NCBI RefSeq assembly: GCF_009914755.1
Contig: NC_060947.1
DNA: 64,000 nt
Strand: one strand, 5' to 3'
Source of the DNA: the human T2T-CHM13v2.0 reference genome, Homo sapiens
The position numbers and the translations under genes were made by a program. Shown here piece by piece: positions 60,436 through 64,000 of the stretch (positions are counted from its first letter, which is position 1; each line of letters starts with the position of its first letter). The notes under the pieces were generated by a model that was given only the letters and a program-made list of their open reading frames with translations, searched no databases and had not been told where the DNA came from.

Positions 60436-62035
60436 TTATTTCACTCTCCTTCCTGGTAAAATTCATAACTTTCTCTCATGCAAAATATTATAATTCCATT
60501 TCAGTGGTCCCTCTTAAAAGTCTTATTTAAGCATCAGCTCAAATTTTCAAATTCCAAAGTCTCATCTGAAGTAAAGGGAATTCCAACTAAGAGCCTATAA
60601 AGTAAACAAAACAACAACAACAACAAGCTATTTGCTTACAAGGTACAACAGCTATACAGGCATTAGGCAAATTCCCTTTCCAAAAAGGAGTAATAAGCCA
60701 AATGCAAGTGGTAACAGGTCCAACACAATTCCAAAATCCAGCAGGGCAGACATTTAATCTTAAAATGTCCAAAATAATCTCTTTTAATTCCATGTACCAC
60801 ATACTGGACACACTGGTGCAAAAGGTGAGTTTTTAAGGCCTTGTGAAGCCCAGCCCCCATGGCTTTGCTGGGCATAGCCCACGTGGCTGCTCTCAGGGGT
60901 TGGAATCAAATGCCAGAGGCTTTTTCAGGCTGAGGTGGCATGCTCCTGTGGCTCTACTATTTTGGGGTCCCAATGTCAGCCTCACCTCTGTGGCTTCTCT
61001 ATGTATTAGTCAGGTATGGATTCTTGTTGATGGCTCTACCCCTGAAGGTTTCTGCCTGGCCACCCAGGCTTTCTCATATATCCTTTAAAGTCCAGCTGGA
61101 AGCCACCAAGCCTCCATAGCTGTTGCCTTCTGGATACCTGCAAACTTAATATTAATAACACCTGGAGCCCACCAAAGCTTGTTGTTTGTGCCCTTCAGAG
61201 TGAAAGCCTGAGCCATGCCTGGGGCCATTTGAGCCATGGGTGGAGCTTGAGTGACCAGGATGTGGGAGCAGCATCCCAAGGTGGCTCAGGGCAGTGGTAC
61301 ACAGGGTCTGTCCCGTGAAACCTTTCTGTCTTTCCGGGCCTCTGGGCCTATGATCAGAGAGGCAACCTTTGAAATGCTTGTGAGGCCTTTTCCCAATTGT
61401 CTTGACTAGTAACACCCGGATCCTTCTTAGTCATGCTAAACTCTTTAGCAACCTGTTGCTCCCACTGGCCAATACCCCTGGATTCCTCTCTATAATATGT
61501 TCTTTCCTCCTCTACCACATCACCAGGCTGCAAATTTAAAAAAAAAATTATGCTCTGCTTTCCCTTTAACTATAAATTTCACTTTTAGTTCATTCCTTTG
61601 CTGCCACAATTCAGCATAAGCTATTAAAAATAAACATGCCACATCTTGAGTGCACTGCTGCTTAGAAATGTCTTCCACCAGATACCCTAGGTCACCACTC
61701 TTATGTTTGGCCTTCCCCAAAGCCCTAGGTCATGGACACAATGCAGACAGGTTTTTAGCTACAGTGTAATATGGATTTCATTTGCTCGAGCTCCCAATAA
61801 GTGCCCCCTTTCCATCTGAGAACTCACCAGCATGGCCTTTACTGTCTATATCTTGTCAGCGTTTTGATCACAATCACTTAACCAATCTCTAAGCAGTTCC
61901 AAAATTTCCCGCATATTTCTGCTTTTTTCTGAGCCCTCCAGATTCTTCCAACCTCTGCCTATGATTCTTTTCCAAAGCTGCTTCCACATTTTCAGATATT
62001 TGTATAGCAACACCCCACTCGTGGTATCAATTTTC
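60436..62035 (-). mobile_element. MST-int MaLR internal region
   Basis: 1.6 kb between two LTRs with typical MaLR-int text (cccatggctttgctggg, ccaaagctgcttccacattttcag, gtatcaattttc). Confidence 0.85.
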
Positions 62036-62235
62036 TGTCTTAGTCCATTTGGAGTTCTTATAATATAAATGAAAACCTGAGGCTGGGTCATTTATAATGA
62101 CAAAAGGTTTATTTGGCTCATGATTCTGATAGCTGGAAAGTTCAAGGTTGGGCATTTGCATCTGGTGAGGACCTCAAGCTTGCTTCCACTCATGACAAAA
62201 GTCAGAGGGGAGCTGGTGTGTGCAGAGATCACATG

Positions 62236-62270
<35 letters not shown>

Positions 62271-62441
62271 GTGTCAGCATCTTTATAACAACCAGCTCTC
62301 ATGAGAAGACTGGAATCCATTAATCTCTTCATGAGGGGTCTACCCCCATGACCCACACACCTCCCATTCGGCATCAACTCTAATGTTGAGGATCAAATGA
62401 CAACATAAGGTTTGATGGGAATAAATGTCCTATCTGAAGCA
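62036..62441 (-). mobile_element. MST-type (MSTB-like) MaLR 5' LTR with (GA)n expansion
   Basis: tgtcttagtccatttgg...gtcctatctgaagca; (GA)n at ~62236-62270; 5-bp TSD atggg (60013-60017) / atgtg (62442-62446). Confidence 0.85.
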
Positions 62442-62809
62442 ATGTGGAATCTAAAAAAAGTCCAACTTGTAGAAACAGAAAGTAGAATGGTCCTTGCCAG
62501 GGGTTGGGATCAAAGGTACATGGGGTAATTTTGGTCAGAATGTACTAAGTTTCAGTTAGATGTGATGATTAATTCTGTGGATCTATTGCATAATGAAGCA
62601 ACTGTAATTAATGATAATGTATTCTATTCTTGAAATTTTCTAGGATAGTAAATCTTGAATGTTCCCATCATAAGAAATATAATCTATATATCAATTAGTT
62701 TGATTGTGGCAGTCATTTTGCAATGTATACATATATGAAAACTACATGGTATGCAATAAATATATATGACTTTTGTTGGTCAGTTATACCTCAATAAAGC
62801 TGGAAAAAA
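62442..62809 (+). mobile_element. 3'UTR/end of the L1MA element (L1MA9-like)
   Basis: Resumes atgtggaatctaaaaaaag; ends tatacctcaataaagctggaaaaaa. Confidence 0.8.
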
Positions 62810-64000
62810 TTTACAAACATTCCTATGGAAATGCAATGTAATCAGAATAGCCAACACAGTCTTCATAAAAGGAGGACTGGATACAAAAAATGTGGTATAT
62901 GTACACAATGGAATAATATTATTCCTTCAAAAGAAGGATATTCTGTCGTTTGCATCAACATGGATGAAACTCAAAGCCATTATGCTCAGTAAGGCAGTCT
63001 CTGAATGGCACATACCACATTACCTCACTTATATGTGAAATCTTAGAAAGTCAGAGACATAGAAGTAGAGAGTAGAATGGTGTTTACCAGAGTTTGGAGA
63101 ACGGGCATGGAAGGGAAATGGAAGATGCTGATCAAAGGGTACAAAGTTTCATTTAGATTAAAGGAATAGGCTTTAGTGATCTATTGCACAGAATTGTGAT
63201 TCTAATAATTAATAATGCTTTGTATATTTCAGAATTACTAAGAGTAGATTTTTGTTGTTTTTGCCGCAAAAAATATAAGTATGTGAGGTGATGGTTTTGT
63301 TAATTAGTTTGATGTAATGATTCAACAAAGTAAACATATACCAAAATGACACACTGTACGTTGTAATTATATACATTTATTAATTGTCAATTAAAATAAA
63401 ACTTATAAATGAAATTTAAAAGGAGAGAAATGTTAGAGGGCTCAGATCTGCCAGCAATTTCAAAAATTACTACAAAGCTATGTGGCAGACCAATGAAATA
63501 GAATTGAGAATCCAGGAATAAACATACATTTATGATGACCAGCCAATTTTCAACAAGGATGTCAAGACTATTCAATGGGGAAATAATAGTTTTTCAATAA
63601 ATGGTGGGTAGACAACTGGATATGCACATGCAAAAGGAAGGAAATTGTACTCCAACATCACAACATATTTAAAAATCATCTCACTATGTGCCAGAGACCT
63701 AAATATGAGCTTCAAATTAATCAAACTCTTAGAAGAAAACTTTGGTGTAACTGTTCGTGATCATTACTTAGGCAATGTTTCTCTACAATAACAATAAAAG
63801 CACAAGCAACAACAACAACAAAAAATAGATAAAGTGGACTTCATCTAAATAAAAGCTTTTGTGGTTTCACAAAAAGGAAAACTCACATATATGAGAAAAT
63901 TTGTGCAAGTCATAAGCTGATAAGGGTCTACTATTCAGATTATATAAAAACTCTAGCAACTCAATAGTTTAAAAATGTTGATCAAAATAAAAAGCATGAA
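62810..64000 (+). mobile_element. Older L1M ORF2 fragment (62810-62874 and 63417-64000), host of the second L1MA
   Basis: atggaaatgc..agaatagccaacacagtctt | ttactacaaagcta..agaattgagaatccaggaataaac..ttcaacaaggatgtcaagactattcaatgggg, collinear decayed ORF2. Confidence 0.75.
62875..63416 (+). mobile_element. Second L1MA 3' end (L1MA6-8-like)
   Basis: aaaatgtggtatatgtacacaatggaata...ttgtcaattaaaataaaa; flanked by taaaaggag at 62866-62874 and 63417-63425. Confidence 0.8.

Noticed and set aside
60348-62377. ORFs within the MaLR as retroviral genes
   Set aside because: Short, discontinuous fragments of a decayed MST internal region; no pol or env motifs

Overview
Primate (probably human or hominoid) pericentromeric DNA with no intact protein-coding gene. 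Bases 1-53452 are diverged monomeric alpha satellite (~171-bp unit, minus orientation, no CENP-B box seen), arranged as successive sequence layers with relic multi-monomer duplications. Four retrotransposed inserts interrupt it: a processed SSB/La pseudogene, a 5'-inverted L1PA, an AluY and a 4-kb L1PA3-like element. At ~53452 the satellite ends abruptly against ordinary arm sequence (L1M, MIR, MLT1, L2, AluS, a complete MST-type MaLR, nested L1MA elements). I found no convincing new biological system. The most notable observations are three. (1) The SSB retrocopy lacks exactly 104 coding nt, as expected from an exon-skipped mRNA. (2) Three independent insertions use the same nucleotide position of the satellite monomer. 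(3) A 147-bp inverted patch is a 146/147 copy of a monomer 5 kb away. Comparisons to SSB mRNA and repeat consensus sequences are from memory, not from a search.
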